IMG/VR virus record: IMGVR_UViG_3300023274_000001
Span: 124,698-188,697 of that record
Strand: one strand, 5' to 3'
DNA: 64,000 bases
Origin: an uncultured virus (IMG/VR IMGVR_UViG_3300023274_000001)
Taxonomy: Duplodnaviria; Heunggongvirae; Uroviricota; Caudoviricetes
Shown: positions 63,572 through 64,000 of the stretch, piece after piece
How positions within the stretch are numbered: the stretch's first letter is position 1
Layout of the letters: the number at the start of each line of letters is the position of its first letter
Translations under genes and position numbers: made by a program
The notes under the pieces: generated by a model
The model's input: only the letters and a program-made list of their open reading frames with translations
What the model was told of the DNA's origin: nothing
Database searches by the model: none

Positions 63572-64000
63572 GTGGGTATCCGCCTGAACAAGAAGCTCGG
63601 CTGGGCCCTGACCGGCCTGGAGCGCGATGAGCACGGGCGCCTCACCGATCCGCGCGTCGGCATCGACGGCGTCAACCGCTACGTGGAGGACTTCGCCCCG
63701 TTGTACCTGGAGTACCTGGAGGCGCTGCGCGACGCGGAGCCCGAGAACTCCGACGCCTGGTTCGACCTGATGATGTCGATCGAGATGGTGAAAGCGGCTC
63801 GCGACCAGGATGGCGTCCTGAACTGGCCGGTTACCTGCCGGTCGGACGCCGGATACCGCGATCTGCTGCTCATCCAGCCGGTCGGGTATCGGGGGTGGAG
63901 CCGGTACGGGGATCACCTCGACCAGCAGGAAGAGGCGATGCTGTACCCCGGCACGGAGCCTCGCGTGGTGTCCATGCCGTACGGCATCTACCCCTTCGAA
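63572..64000 (+). CDS. hypothetical protein, 3'-truncated
   Basis: acggaaaggag RBS, GTG, open to window end. Confidence 0.65.
   Translation, partial: MGIRLNKKLGWALTGLERDEHGRLTDPRVGIDGVNRYVEDFAPLYLEYLEALRDAEPENSDAWFDLMMSIEMVKAARDQDGVLNWPVTCRSDAGYRDLLLIQPVGYRGWSRYGDHLDQQEEAMLYPGTEPRVVSMPYGIYPFE

Noticed and set aside
1-64000. CRISPR array, integrase/att, IS element, reverse transcriptase/DGR, virion genes
   Set aside because: No regularly spaced repeats and no corresponding catalytic or structural motifs seen.

Overview
High-GC window that reads as the non-structural (early/replication) part of a large actinophage or phage-like element; a Streptomyces-type host is an inference. It holds about 130 short, tightly overlapping ORFs, mostly hypothetical, with no capsid, tail, integrase, reverse transcriptase or CRISPR. 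Recognisable parts: a replication module (HTH initiator-like protein, DnaB helicase, an apparently inactivated DnaB C-terminal paralog, Zn-finger/TOPRIM primase fused to a DnaB-N domain) beside a divergent non-coding candidate origin; nucleotide and counter-defence enzymes (DarG/TARG1-type macrodomain, PNKP-type HAD phosphatase, dCMP deaminase, MazG-like, Nudix, HIT); CspA, TerD, an MmcB-like nuclease, a DGQHR protein, a sortase-like protein and a RelE-like TA pair. A minus-strand cluster encodes 11 tRNAs. The most unusual signal is in that cluster: nearly every spacer folds into a compact structured RNA, including orphan anticodon stem-loops, a non-canonical tRNA-like RNA, a CCA-ended hairpin RNA and a leader-peptide-gated gene. 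A palindromic operator TGRCCYRGGYCA recurs at about nine intergenic sites, mostly predicted promoters, and several tandem or dispersed paralog families are visible. All product calls come from motif recognition by eye; no searches or folding programs were run.
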